NCBI RefSeq assembly: GCF_006345805.1 | Contig: NC_043002.1 | Coordinates: forward strand, 32,798,001-32,862,000 | Reading direction: 5' to 3' | Origin: Octopus sinensis | Lineage: Eukaryota | Length of the DNA: 64,000 nt | Shown here: positions 1-13,413 of the stretch, piece after piece | Numbering within the stretch: the first letter of the stretch is position 1 | How the letters are laid out: each line of letters starts with the position of its first letter | Notes under the pieces: generated by a model | Seen by the model: the letters and a program-made list of their open reading frames with translations, nothing else | Databases searched by the model: none | What the model was told of the DNA's origin: nothing | Position numbers and translations under genes: made by a program

Positions 1-84
1 GTCCTATGTTGATATCAATAGATGGGTAAATGTATGGTGACCAGGAACTATACAAGTATCGTGTGTTACTATGGTCCAACAAAT
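1..84 (-). CDS. Probable internal exon (runs off the window edge) of the minus-strand mucin-like gene
   Basis: Minus strand: long polypyrimidine tract TTTTTCTTTTTCTTTTCAATGTTACAG| followed by an open phase-1 frame (D)LLDHSNTRYLYSSWSPYIYPSIDINIG. Phase matches the phase-1 donor of exon 8597-8764. Confidence 0.55.
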
Positions 85-746
85 CTGTAACATTGAAAAG
101 AAAAAGAAAAATTAATGTTAATAAAAACGATTAATATTTCAATTATAAATGTATTCGTTGTTAAAAGCTAGTTTATCGGTTTTCATATTAAAACTAAAAG
201 TGGTGAGGATCTGTATCCATATTTATTTCGGATCCATTCAGGTAAGTGAGAGTGCGGTAAAGACTTTTATTCAGCCATGTTATTTTAACGATATATAAGA
301 CGTGTGTATGTACATATGGGAGAGAGAGACAAAAAGAAGAGAGAGATAGAGGTGGAAAGAAACAGAGCATTATTTCTGATATGTACTCAATTATCTTTCA
401 GTTGTAAAGGCTGCAATAATGTGCAGTCTTTTCTTAAAATTATTATGTAACATGTGAATGCGATAGCCACACATAATGTTAGTGGAAATTGTTAGAGTCC
501 AGTTTGTTTTCAGGTTCAAACTTAATCTATTTAAAAATGAAACACATGTACTGACGAATGACTAATGGAAAATGTTTTGCCTACCTTTCATAACTCTTGT
601 TTCTAGCAATGTAGGTGCTATATAAAACGTAGTGAACTACGTGAAGTCGTGGAAGTCAGTTTAATACTGTTCTAAAAACTCTAGAGTTAACATATGGACA
701 TTATATACTTTACTTCCGATGATTTTTTCAGTTGCCTGTTTTGAAT

Positions 747-796
<50 letters not shown>

Positions 797-800
797 ATAT

Positions 801-1877
<1,077 letters not shown>

Positions 1878-1891
1878 TGTATGTATGTATG

Positions 1892-2698
1892 TATGGTGCG
1901 ATCGGTAAATTGTCGCCCTTTTATATTTTTAATTTCGTGCCTATGCATAGTTTGTTTTGATTTTGTCGACTACACAATTTAGTCGGGTCAGCTGGGCACC
2001 GTCTGTGAGGAAAACAGCTACATGACGCAATTCACTATGCCAGAAATTTGAAAACGACATGCTGTAGTGCTTGGTATACACGTCGAAAGCTCCAATACGA
2101 ACATGTACCAATACAGACATATACCGAGAGTGTTTGGAGTGATCACTAGTGATGGCGACGTTATGCCTCCATTCATCTTAGAACACGGCCTCAAACTCAA
2201 CACGGAGGCCTACATCAAGTGCCCTGGATCAAGAGGTTGGTTGCTGGAAGATCCTATGTCTAGCAACAGAACTCTCCACCATACCACACAAGCAGGAGAA
2301 CCCAGTCATGGCTGTCAGACCATTTCTGCGACGACATTGCCCTTAACATCTGGCCACCTAACTCTCCAGACTGCAACTCTCTTGATTATTATATGTGAAG
2401 CACAGTTGAGAGAGAGACCAACAAAACATCTTCTAACACCAAATATGAACTGAAAGCAGGGATTATTGCAGCATTCACCAACTTTAACAAGGAGACCGTC
2501 CTGAAGAGTTGCAGGAGGTTCCGAAGTTGTCTGGAGGCCGTTATTGAAGCAAAAGGCGATCTTATGGAATACATTTACTCTCTAGTATTTTGAGATATTT
2601 TTTATGCAATTTTGGTAAATATAAGTGTCAAAATGAAATGTCAGTGTTATTTTCAGTTTTGCGTAATTTAGGCGACTGTTTATTCATCGCACATTGTA
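1892..2698 (+). mobile_element. Internally deleted, frameshifted Tc1/mariner-superfamily transposon
   Basis: Frameshifted transposase pieces VFGVITSDGDVMPPFI..GLKLNTEAYIKC and WPPNSPDCNSLDYY (from 2351) ... RRFRSCLEAVIEAKG. Degenerate TIRs TGCGATcggTAAAttGTCGCC (1897-1917) versus the reverse complement of 2671-2691. Confidence 0.85.
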
Positions 2699-2699
2699 A

Positions 2700-4410
2700 G
2701 TGTTACAACTTCTCATAGAAATGTTCCCAGATGCCTGTGTGAGCACAGAAGATCTCCTCAGTAAAATCAGTACTTGCAACCACTCCAACGACCTCACAGA
2801 TTGTGTAGTGGGTAGTATGGATGTGATTCCACTCTACCCGTCTATAGACGTAGATTTTGCTGTGGAGAAATGCATTGAGATAATCTGTGAAAGTGAAGTA
2901 GAATTCCGTGAGATCAACACGAGGAAACTGAGCCTCCTCCTTAGACTAAGCTACGACAGTGACTGTTTAGTCGACCATGACCTCAGTAGATTCTGCCCCA
3001 CCAGGTCACAGAGGGGAAGACCACTCACCATCACCTCAGTAGTGGAGAAAAGCACCGCAGAAAGCTGCAGTGGCTTGACTGTACCCATCCAAGACCCTGA
3101 GAACAACAATCAAGTGAAAGAAATGATTGCACATGCAAGAGGGGCCAGAGTAAGAAGCATCTTGAAGAGCCACAGAGTAATGATTTACAAGAAACTATAC
3201 ATGCAAGTTCAAGGCGCAGCCATTGCTCTCGGTGTAGCTGGAGATGTGGCTGGCTTCTTCATGACCTGGTGGGACAGAAAACTTAAGCAATCCTTAGCAG
3301 AACAGCCACAACTCTTCTACTCTATAGTAGGTGCGTAGATATTAATATCATAGTTAAGACCAAATCTAGTAACGGTAATGTAGAAACTGAGAGGAACGTA
3401 ATGGAGAGCATCCAGCAAGTAGCTAACTCCGTCCACCAAAGTATCAAGATAACTATAGATTAGCCCACTAGGCACCCCAACAGTCCTTGATATTGAACTT
3501 TGATTAGAGACTGTGAACAACAGAGTGCAGCTCCTCCACTCCTATTACATGAAACCCATATCTTCAAAATATGTTGTTCACATGAAAATTAACATACTGA
3601 TAGTAGACTTAGTTAGGATAATGAACAATGTGTCCCCACTATGCAAACCCTATGAAACGAAGAAGCAGGTACAGAACTTCATGCACTGCATGCAATTCTC
3701 TGGATATGATCAGAAAGATAGAATTCGAAGGTTCGAGTATACAGGGGTGCTAGAAAGAGGTTAGATAACATTATATGCAATGATACCAGTGGCACTTATC
3801 CTAGATATAGAAAGAAAGACTGGAATAGGATACAAAAAAATTGTGACAAAGCAAACAGGGTGAACACGTGGTATAAAACTGACAGATATCGAGGAGTGAT
3901 GTTTGTAGAGGCCACAGTCCGTGTTGAACTAGCGCGTAGATTTAGGATAACTCTGAAGAAGACCAAACTCAATATTATGATTGTTGAAAAGTTTGCGAAT
4001 TCCATCAGATCACAACTATGTAGGACGTACACCTTTGAGAATACCATATGCACGAATGTTAACTACATAGTATTGTAGGATTAGCCCTGGCATTAACTGT
4101 AGAACTAGAAATGTAGTTTACAGTATAAGATGCATAGAAGATGCTTGTAAAGACATGAACATGACATACATAGGAGAGACATCTAGGGACATTGCGGAAC
4201 GACTAAATAAACATTTCAGACAATATGAAGACAGATCCAGTCCTCCATACTCTACCAACATGCCAAGGACCAACATGGAGGCAACCTGGGTCAACTTGAC
4301 ATCCACATTTTATCCAAGCACCCAAAGGACCCAATACTCAGACAAATACAGGAGTACGTCCTCATAAATGAAATATCCCCAGTACTAAATAGGAAATATG
4401 CGTAGTACAT
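2700..4410 (+). mobile_element. Degenerate Penelope-like retroelement (RT + GIY-YIG endonuclease)
   Basis: PLE RT motifs SMDVIPLYPSID and LYMQVQGAAIALGVAGDVAGFFM; YMKP thumb motif; [36 protein letters not shown] at ~4112-4220. Split over several ORFs by stops and frameshifts. Confidence 0.85.
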
Positions 4411-5009
4411 ACCATGCCTCCATACCCACAGGTAGAGTTAGTTAATGGGTTGTAATATAGATAGATGTATGTATGTGTGTGTGCATATATGTGTATATGT
4501 ATATGCACATGTATGTATGCTATTAGTGTATACAGATAGACCTACAGACGGATAGGTACATAGGTTACATGAACAGACAAGTACACATACACAAACGAAG
4601 TCTGAAACAAATGATCATATATACATACACACACTTCAATACACAGTAGGACTCATATGGAGACACACATCCACACAAACACATGAATATGCAGGCAGGA
4701 TGCATACATACCTATATACATACGCACACATACATATATGCATGCAAACATACATACATACATACATACATACATACATACATACATACATACATACATA
4801 CATACGTAAGTATCCACACACACATTGACCCACACACGTGCGCACAAACAAACAATACCAGACAGAGTCAACAACTATTGAAAAGGTTGCAAGACGCAAT
4901 GAAAATTTTAGAAAAGAAAATGAGTAAATGAGTGGAAATTTTATCGGTGAGTGTGTTAAACTACAAGGTACTAAAATGGAATGACTATCCCCAGAAAGAA
5001 CATTATATA

Positions 5010-5381
5010 TCTCTCTATATATAAACGGCAGTTTGTCTGTGTGTGTTTCTGTGTGTCTGTTAGGTTGTACCCTCACCCTGACCACGGCTTTCAACCGATT
5101 CTGATGAAACTTGACACACACATAGCCCAATGTCATAATTCAAAACTAACGCAGCGAAAATTTTGAAAAGTTCCCCCAGTTCTGAAAAAAATCGATAAAT
5201 TCGACATGGGGTCGAGAATCAGAAACACAAACCACAGACTGTCTAGGGGACGCAACTCGACCTTTTTAACTAAAAAACAAATTTACCATCATTTTTTTTC
5301 TATTTTTTGGCTATAACTCTCTAAAAATGCTTTATAGTTATTTCCCTTACAAACCCGAGCAACGCCGGGCGATACTGCTAG
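5010..5381 (+). mobile_element. Non-autonomous Helitron
   Basis: Starts TC (5010-5011) after A. Ends with the hairpin CCCGAGCAACGCCGGG (5354-5369) and CTAG (5378-5381), followed by T. This gives the canonical A|TC...CTAG|T Helitron termini. Confidence 0.8.
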
Positions 5382-5395
5382 TATATATATATATT

Positions 5396-5489
<94 letters not shown>

Positions 5490-5492
<3 letters not shown>

Positions 5493-7391
5493 GAGAAAGC
5501 AGACAAAGAAGCCTGGGTTATAAAAAACATTAAATCAAACCCAAAGGCTTTCTTTCATTACGCGAAAGAAACAGTCTCAGTGCACTACAAGATAGGACCC
5601 CTCCTCCAAAAGGATGGCTCCCTCACAGACAGTCCAACAAAGATCAGTGAGATGCTGAATGACCAGTTCAAAAGTGTCTTTACCACCCCGTTGGAACACA
5701 GACAAGTGAACGAACCAGTGGACTTCTTTGCCGCCTCACCTATAACCAGCGAGGCAGTTACAATAGAATGTATTGACATTAGCGAAGATGTCCTACTAGC
5801 CATAGATGAAGTGGACACAAACTCAACTGCTGGTCCAGATGGTTTCCCAGCAATCCTCCTCAAAGCGTGTATGCATGCCCTGGCAAAACCCCTCAAGATT
5901 CTCTTCCAGAGCTTTCTTGCGAATGACAAAATGCCAAGCAAGCTGAAGGAGGGAATAATATGCCCAATACATAAAGGGGGAAGTAGAGCAGATGCCAAAA
6001 ACTATAGGCCTATCTCTCTGACTTCACACATCAGCAAAGTCATGGAACGGATAGTCAGAAAGAAACTAATCGCATTCCTTGAGAAAAATAACTTGCTGAG
6101 TGATACCCAGCATGGTTTTCGACCAGGTATGAGCTGCCTGACCCAGCTCTTACAACATTATGACTGGGTGTTGAGGCAGTTACTCAACAAATCAAATGTG
6201 GACGTATTCTACCTTGATTTTGCAAAAGCTTTTGACAAGGCGAATCATGGTATGATATGCCACAAACTGCGTGACCTCGGCATAGCTGGAAAACTTGGAG
6301 TGCGGTTACATAACTACCTGAAAGATGGGAGTCAGGCTGTCGTGGTTAATGGAGCCACCTCTATGAACACACAAATAGTGAGCGGTGTTCCACAGGGCAC
6401 TGTCTTGGGACCACTGCTTTTTATAGTGGCCCTCTCAGATATACCCTCAAATGCCCGTATAGCCACTCTGGCAAGCTATGCAGACGATACGAAAGTCTCG
6501 CAGAAAATACAGAACCCCAGCGATGTTGCACACCTGCAGCAGGAGTTGGACTTAATCTACATATGGGCTGAGGATAATAATATGCAGTTTAATGCTGAAA
6601 ACTTCCAGACCCTGCGCTACCAGCATCCAAAACTGAATATTAAACTTACAGGATACACCGGTCCACAGGGAATTTCAATCCCAGAGCCTAAGTCTGTGAG
6701 GGACCTGGGTATCGACATGAGTGATGATACCTCTTTCCAAGTGCGCATTACCAGGATGGCGACAAAGTGCAGACGACTGGCTGGATGGATCCTAAGAACA
6801 TTCAGAACCAGAGATAAGGAAACCATGATGATCCTCTGGCGGACATTCGTCCTCAGCCGCCTGGATTACTGCTCACAGCTATGGTCACCCACCAGTGTAA
6901 AATTAACAGCGGACCTTGAAGCAATCCAGAGAAGATTCACAAAGAAGATCGTCTCTTTGCAACAGCTCAGCTACTGGGAAAGGTTGAAACAGCTAAGACT
7001 CTACTCCCTAGAGAGAAGACGGGAGAGGTATGCAGTAATATATGTCTGGAAGATCCTCGAAGGATTTGTGCTAAATTTTGGCATTGTAAGCTACACCAAT
7101 GCTAGAACGGGACGACACTGCATAGTGCCAAAGATCCCAGCAATGCTATCACGCTTCAGGACCAGCTTCTGCAACAGCCTGGGTTTCAGGGGCCCACAGC
7201 TTTTTAATATTCTCCCAGAGAGTCTGAGGAACTTTCACAAAGTAGATGTAGCAATTTTTAAATCAAAGCTGGACATCTTCCTGTCGAGAGTCCCAGATGA
7301 ACCTACCTCACGGCAAGAGGTGCAAAGGAGAGTAGCTATGTCAAACTCCATTCTTCACCAAGTGCCACATATTAGAGGAGGTTCTTCGTAA
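5490..7391 (+). CDS. Non-LTR retrotransposon reverse transcriptase (ORF2 C-terminal part, no endonuclease)
   Basis: Motifs NYRPISLTSHISKVMERIV, QHGFRPG, YLDFAKAFDK, SGVPQGTVLGPLLF, YADD, RDLG, LDYCSQLWSP, LYSLERRR. The ORF's N-terminal CV repeats are microsatellite read-through. Confidence 0.9.
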
Positions 7392-7468
7392 TAACAGTGT
7401 AGCACAAAACGGCGGTGCATCAGCATGGCCGCAGCTCTAAGCTGAAACAAGCAAAACAAACAAAAAAA
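5490..7468 (+). mobile_element. 5'-truncated CR1/L2-group LINE with uninterrupted RT ORF and 3' tail
   Basis: Starts immediately after a (TG)n tract. Open RT frame to the stop at 7391, short 3' UTR with stem-loop tail GGCGGTGCATCAGCATGGCCGCAGCTCTAAGCTGAAAC (from 7411), then an A-rich end. Confidence 0.9.
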
Positions 7469-7583
7469 ATATATATATATAATAAATTCAGGGTGAATAC
7501 TTGATAAATGTAAGCACCTGTATATGCCAGCTAGTAGCATAGGTGAGAGGATATATGTATCAAATGAAATAAAATGAAAAACA

Positions 7584-7803
7584 GTCTGAGTATTGGGTCC
7601 TTTGGGTGCTTGGATAAAATGTGGATGTCAAGTTAACCCAGGTTGCCTCCATGTTGGTCCTTGGCATGTTGGTAGAGTATGGAGGACTGTATCTGTCTTC
7701 ATATTGTCTAAAACGTTTATTTAGTTGTTCCGCAATGTCCCTAGATGTCTCTCCTACGTATGTCATGTTCATGTCTTTACAAGCATCTTCTATGCATCTT
7801 ATA
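7584..7803 (-). mobile_element. Inverted 220-bp copy of the PLE GIY-YIG segment 4124-4343
   Basis: Reverse complement matches 4124-4343 with about 6 substitutions by eye; shares TY(I/V)GETSRDIAE. Confidence 0.9.
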
Positions 7804-7954
7804 TATGCATCTATATATATATATATATATATATTTGTGTGTGTATATATATGTATATCTGTATATGTATATATATTTATATATATATATATTTGTGTAT
7901 GTGTGTGTATATATATATGTATATATAAATATATGTATATATATATTCTATGCA

Positions 7955-8002
<48 letters not shown>

Positions 8003-8094
8003 TTGTGTGTGTGTGTATGTGTGTATATATATATATATATGTATATATAAATATATGTATATATGTATATGTATATATATTTATTTATTATCTT

Positions 8095-8145
8095 TTATTT
8101 ATCTAGTTTCAGCTCACAAGCTGTGGCCATGCTGGGGCACCGCCA
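8095..8145 (-). mobile_element. Isolated CR1/L2-type LINE/SINE 3' tail
   Basis: Reverse complement reads GGCGGTGCCCCAGCATGGCCACAGCTTGTGAGCTGAAAC, closely similar to the tail at 7411-7450. Confidence 0.65.
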
Positions 8146-8237
8146 TTAATAAGTTGATTGGCAGCGGTGGGATATATGTATATATATATATATATATATT
8201 TGTGTATGTGTGTATATATATATATGTATATATAATA

Positions 8238-8344
<107 letters not shown>

Positions 8345-8596
8345 TGTGTGTGTGTATGTGTGTGTGTGTGTGTATCATAAACTTTAAATAGCGAACTAAG
8401 TGAATTTGTGGAAATCAGTGTGATATTATTCCAACTATTACCCGGAAATTTAAGAGTTCCTAAAAGTATGTTGATATTGTGATATTGTATATTTTACTCT
8501 TTTATTTCAAATATAGTACATGCTTATAAAAATTAAGTGGGCTAAAAATTTTAATTAATAAACAAACATGATTTATAGGCAAAACAACATCCTTAC

Positions 8597-8764
8597 TTGA
8601 TGGGGGGCAATATTTTGTTGTTGTTGGTGGTGGTAGTGATGTTTTTTGTGTAGTAATCTGCGTTGTGTATTTTGTTGTAGGATTTAAAGTCGACGAAGTA
8701 GAAGTTTGGTAAAATGTGGTTTCAGCTGGAGCAGTAGATAATGCTGGTGAAGTTGCGTTGGTTC
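8597..8764 (-). CDS. Thr-rich phase 1-1 exon of the mucin-like gene
   Basis: Acceptor CTTTTATTTGTTTTAG|GA, donor TCAA|GTAAGG. 168 bp = 56 codons: TNATSPALSTAPAETTFYQTSTSSTLNPTTKYTTQITTQKTSLPPPTTTKYCPPS. Confidence 0.8.
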
Positions 8765-9508
8765 CTAAAACAAATAAAAGTGATATATTATATTGTCTAA
8801 CGCACGACAAATTCACGTCAAAATTTCTAAAGTTTTTGTTTTGTTTTAATTTGTTTTTGTTTTTTTCTTTCTGCTGCAACGCTGCGTCCGGGGAAAGAAA
8901 GATTAAGAGAAATTATTGGGATCTGCGAAGAACACAATACAGTTAAGATTACTTAAATATATGTGTTAAGAGGTGCGTTTTTGAAGGTAACGAAATTGTG
9001 TTAAAAAGATGCAGACGTGCTAAGACAAAAATGTAATTAACGTATGTTAAGAGGATACTGCAATATGCAGAATAATGTTAACTTTGTAGGATATAGCATA
9101 TTTAGGGATATATAAACGTAACCAAAATATATATGATAAACAGGAGCTCTCATACTTGTAGAACTTTTAAAGAAACTAAAGGATAAATATTAATTATAAA
9201 TCAATAATATTTCACTTCCCTTTACGTGGACAACCATTTTCTAGTGTACATAAGTACCGGTGATACAAAATACAGGTATCGTTAATTCTCTTAAATTAAA
9301 TCAAGTATATTGAAAGCAGGCGCAGGGAGTCTGATATTTGGCAAAAGGGTATAATTCCGTATTAGACTAATTTCGGAGGACAGCATTTAATTTGAAGCAA
9401 GTTTGACTGGTTGTTACAATTTTACGTACCTGCAATATACGTTGTAAAATCTGTACTATGGGCAAGTGTAGTTGAAAAAAATTGGTGTTGTGGTATGAAT
9501 AGTCTTAC

Positions 9509-11878
9509 CTGTTGATAGAGTCTGTGTTGTCACGCCTATAGTCATTGTGGTCGTTGAATATTCTGTTGCAGGACGAGATATGTTATCTGTTGATAGACCG
9601 CTTGTGGCCACATGCGTTGACTCGAAGTCTGTTGAATAATGTGTAGAAAAACGAGTAGCTTCAACCGTTGATAGTGCGTCTGTTGTCACATCTGTACTCA
9701 TAGAGGCTGTTGAACGTTCCGTTGCAGGACGAGAAGTCTTATCTGTTGATAAAACGTCTGTAATCACACGTGTTGACTCGGAATCTGTTGAATATGTTGT
9801 TGCTGGATGTGTGGTTTCATCTGTTGATAGAGACTCTGTTGTCACATCTCTTGACATGGTCACCGTTGAATATTCTGTTGTGGGGTTCATCGTTTGATCT
9901 GTTGTTAGAGTCTCTGTCGTCAAATCTGAATATTCTGTTGTAGGATGTGTGGTTTCATCTGTTGACAGTCCGTCAGTTGTCACATCGGTTGACATAGTTT
10001 CTGTTGAATATTCTGTTGTGGGGTTCGTCGTTTCAGCTGTTGTTAGAGCCTCTGTCATCAAATCTGTTGAAAGAGTGTCAGTTGTCATATCTGTTGTCAT
10101 GGCGTCTGTTGCATATTCTGTTGTGGGATTTGTCGTTTGATCTGTTGATAGAGACTCTGTCGTCAAATCTGTTGATATGGCGTCTGTTGAAGATTCTATT
10201 GTGGGATGTGTGGTTTCCTCTGTTGATAGAGTGTCAGTTGTCATATCTGTTGACACGGTGTCTGTTGAATATTCTGTTGTGGGATTTGTCATTTGATCTG
10301 TTGATAGAGCCTCTGTCGTCAAATCTGTTGATATGGCGTCTGTTGAATATTCTGTTGTGGGATTTGTCGTTTGATCTGTTGATAGAGACTCTGTCGTCAA
10401 ATCTGTTGATATGGCGTCTGTTGAAGATTCTATTGTGGGATTTGTCGTTTGATCTGTTGATAGAGCCTCTGTCGTCAAATCTGTTGATATGGCGTCTGTT
10501 GAATATTCTGTTGTGGGATTTGTCGTTTCATCTGTTGATAGAGACTCTGTCGTCAAATCTGTTGATATGGCGTCTGTTGAAGATTCTATTGTGGGATGTG
10601 TGGTTTCCTCTGTTGATAGAGTGTCAGTTGTCATATCTGTTGACACGGTGTCTGTTGAATATTCTGTTGTGGGATTTGTCATTTGATCTGTTGATAGAGC
10701 CTCTGTCGTCAAATCTGTTGACATGGCGTCTGTTGCATATTCTGTTGTGGGATTTGTCGTTTGATCTGTTGATAGAGCCTCTGTCGTCAAATCTGTTAAT
10801 ATGGCGTCTGTTGAATATTCTGTTGTGGGATTTGTCGTTTGATCTGTTGATAGAGACTCTGTCGTCAAATCTGTTGATATGGCGTCTGTTGAAGATTCTA
10901 TTGTGGGATGTGTGGTTTCCTCTGTTGATAGAGTGTCAGTTGTCATATCTGTTGACACGGTGTCTGTTGAATATTCTGTTGTGGGATGCGTGGTTTCCTC
11001 TGTTGATAGAGTGACAGTTGTCATATCTGTTGACATGGCGTCTGTTGAATATTCTGTTGTGGGATTTGTCGTTTCATCTGTTGATAGAGACTCTGTCGTC
11101 AAATCTGTTGATATGGCGTCTGTTGAAGATTCTATTGTGGGATGTGTGGTTTCCTCTGTTGATAGAGTGTCACTTGTCATATCTGTTGATATAGTGTCTG
11201 TTGAATATTCTGTTGTGGGATTTGTCGTTTCATCTGTTGATAGAGACTCTGTTGTCAAATCTGTTGACATGGCGTCTGTTGAATATTCTGTTGTGGGAGT
11301 TGTCATTTCATCTGTTGTTAGAGCCTCTGTCGTCAAATCTGTTGATATGGTGTCCGTTGAGTACCCTGTTGTGAGATGTGTAGTTTCCTCTGTTGAAAGA
11401 GTGTCATTTGTCACATCTGTTGACATGGCGTCTGTTGAATATTCTATTGTGGGAGTTGTCATTTCATCTGTTGATAGAGCCTCTGTCGTCAAATCTGTTG
11501 ATATGGTGTCCGTTGAGTACCCTGTTGTGAGATGTGTATTTTCCTCTGTTGAAAGAGTGTCATTTGTCACATCTGTTGACATGGCGTCTGTTGAATATTC
11601 TGTTGTGGGAGTTGTCATTTCATCTGTTGATAGAGCATCTGTCGTCAAATCTGTTGACATGGTGTCTGTTGTGAGATGTGTGATCTCATCTTTTGATAGA
11701 GTGGCAGTTGCTACATCTGTTAACATTGTGTTTGACGAATATTCTGTTGTGGAGTGTGTGGTTTCATTTACTGTAAAAGCCTCTGTTGATGATAATCCAC
11801 TAGAAACGTCACCTGATGTCGTGAGTGTCCCTGAAGCCTCACTGCTTGGTTCCGGGCATGTTGTGGCGGTTGATGTAT
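9509..11878 (-). CDS. Large acidic mucin-like Thr/Ser/Asp/Glu tandem-repeat exon (790 codons)
   Basis: Lies within ORF 9456-11918. Acceptor TTTTCCTTTTTGCCAG|AT, donor ACAG|GTAAGA; 2370 bp, symmetric phase 1. Repeats such as TTEYSTDAISTDLTTEALSTDQTTNP. Confidence 0.9.
9930..11670. repeat. Coding minisatellite: 39/78-bp units with ~234-bp higher-order repeats
   Basis: TCTGTTGA recurs about every 39 bp. The 26-aa units occur as recurring triplets (DTVSTDM...ETTHP / IESSTDAIS...QTTNP / EYSTDAIS...). Confidence 0.9.
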
Positions 11879-12007
11879 CTGGCAAAAAGGAAAATATTTT
11901 ATTAAAATTTGCGCACAATCAGCATACATTATTAAATTACCTTATAGTAATGATTTATGCACTAATATCTCGCTCGTGTAATACATTTTAATATTAAACA
12001 AGACAAA

Positions 12008-12200
12008 GGCGGTGGGCTGGAAGAATCGTTAGCGCACCGTACAAAATGCCTAACAGTATTTATTCTGTCTGTACTTTTTGAGTTCAAATTCCACCGAGGT
12101 AGACTTTAGTATCATCCATTCGGGGTCGATAAAATAAGTACCATTTGATCCCTGGAGTCAATGTATTCGACTTTCTCCAACCCTGAACTTGTTGGCTTGT
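12008..12200 (+). mobile_element. tRNA-derived SINE, family 2 (degenerate)
   Basis: GGCGGTGGGCTGGAAGAATCGTTAGC head ... GAGTTCAAATTCC B-box-like ... GGGGTCGATAAAATAAGTACC, shared with many copies in the window. Confidence 0.75.
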
Positions 12201-13301
12201 GTCAAAATTTGAGACCACTATTAAATAAGACAGGGAAGAATATGTAGTGGCTAAGGTTCAAATGATTGAAGACAAACACTAACCTGCACAATGATCTGAG
12301 GTCACTAGCTATCGGTAAGACTAGGATTTCCGACACACATGTCTTAGCACCAATTTGTGGAGACTTTGAGACATTTGCATCGCTTACTTTACTCGGAATG
12401 GGGGGACAGGGTGGGAGTGCTATTCCAGAAGACGTGGACCCCGAGATATGATCGGTTTTTCTGAACCCAGATGGTAAATTGGTAGGCCTGGACATGAGCA
12501 ATAGCGAAGGTGGTGCCTTTAGATTACTCGCAGTGTGTTATTGTGAGTGGTGCTCTTGCTGTGCTGGTCTTGTAACTGCAACTATGTTTGTGTTGCTCGC
12601 ATTTCTGTTCTCTTCGCTGTTGATGTAGATTTTAGTGTTGTACACTATTACTGCTATTGAGGTTTGACGTCATCAGCAGTGCCTTCTGTCTTTCGCTTTC
12701 TTTGACAACAGAAAGCTCTCTGAAACGGCCTTCTTCAGCATACAAATGGCAACTTGCTTTTCTGCTGTGTAGCAGAAGATTCCCCACTCTAGTCCCAGAA
12801 CAAAACTCCTTCTCCGATCATTTCACGTAGAGAAGTCTCACTGCTTTCCAGAGCAATACAAGCCAGCAACTACCAAAGAACTTTCTTTATCTTAACACGG
12901 CAAGTCATTCTCCCTAAATTCGTTATATAGAGGGTTAGCTACTTGTCAGTCATGAGAACTACGTGGTGCTTCAGAGCGAAGGCTTCGCTGATAAAATGGA
13001 CATCTACACCCTTTAAACTACTTTGGCCTGGTTATATGATCTACACTTGCCCACTTTCCACAGGGTTTCTAGACGTCGGCTTTTAGCTAATACAGTTATT
13101 CACTGCCATATTTTGTGCGGTGGCAGCCAAAACATCGGCTGGGATGGAAACTTGTGCCCTCCTCCCCTTCACATTTACAAACTGTTTTCCCAGTGTCAGG
13201 CATGTCTCCTTATTGCTTAGGGAGAGTGAGAGGTACAGAGTTGATTTCGCCTTCACTCCAGCAATCAATTGCTTGCTTTTGAGGTCACGCCCACAACTCA
13301 C

Positions 13302-13381
13302 TTTATTTGTCGTCTTTATTTTTATTATTGTTCTGCGACTATTGTTGCTATTATTATTGTTGTTGTAGTTATTTCTCGTCG

Positions 13382-13413
<32 letters not shown>

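Noticed and set aside
200-250. Strong plus-strand donor CAG|GTAAGT at 241
   Set aside because: No good acceptor upstream and opposite to the supported gene; likely chance.
551-580. CTGACGA...GAAA on the plus strand
   Set aside because: No convincing stem I, II or III pairing; consistent with chance.
10004-11991. Plus-strand ORFs of 336 and 370 aa
   Set aside because: Antisense shadows of the mucin repeat; splice signals and composition support the minus-strand frame.
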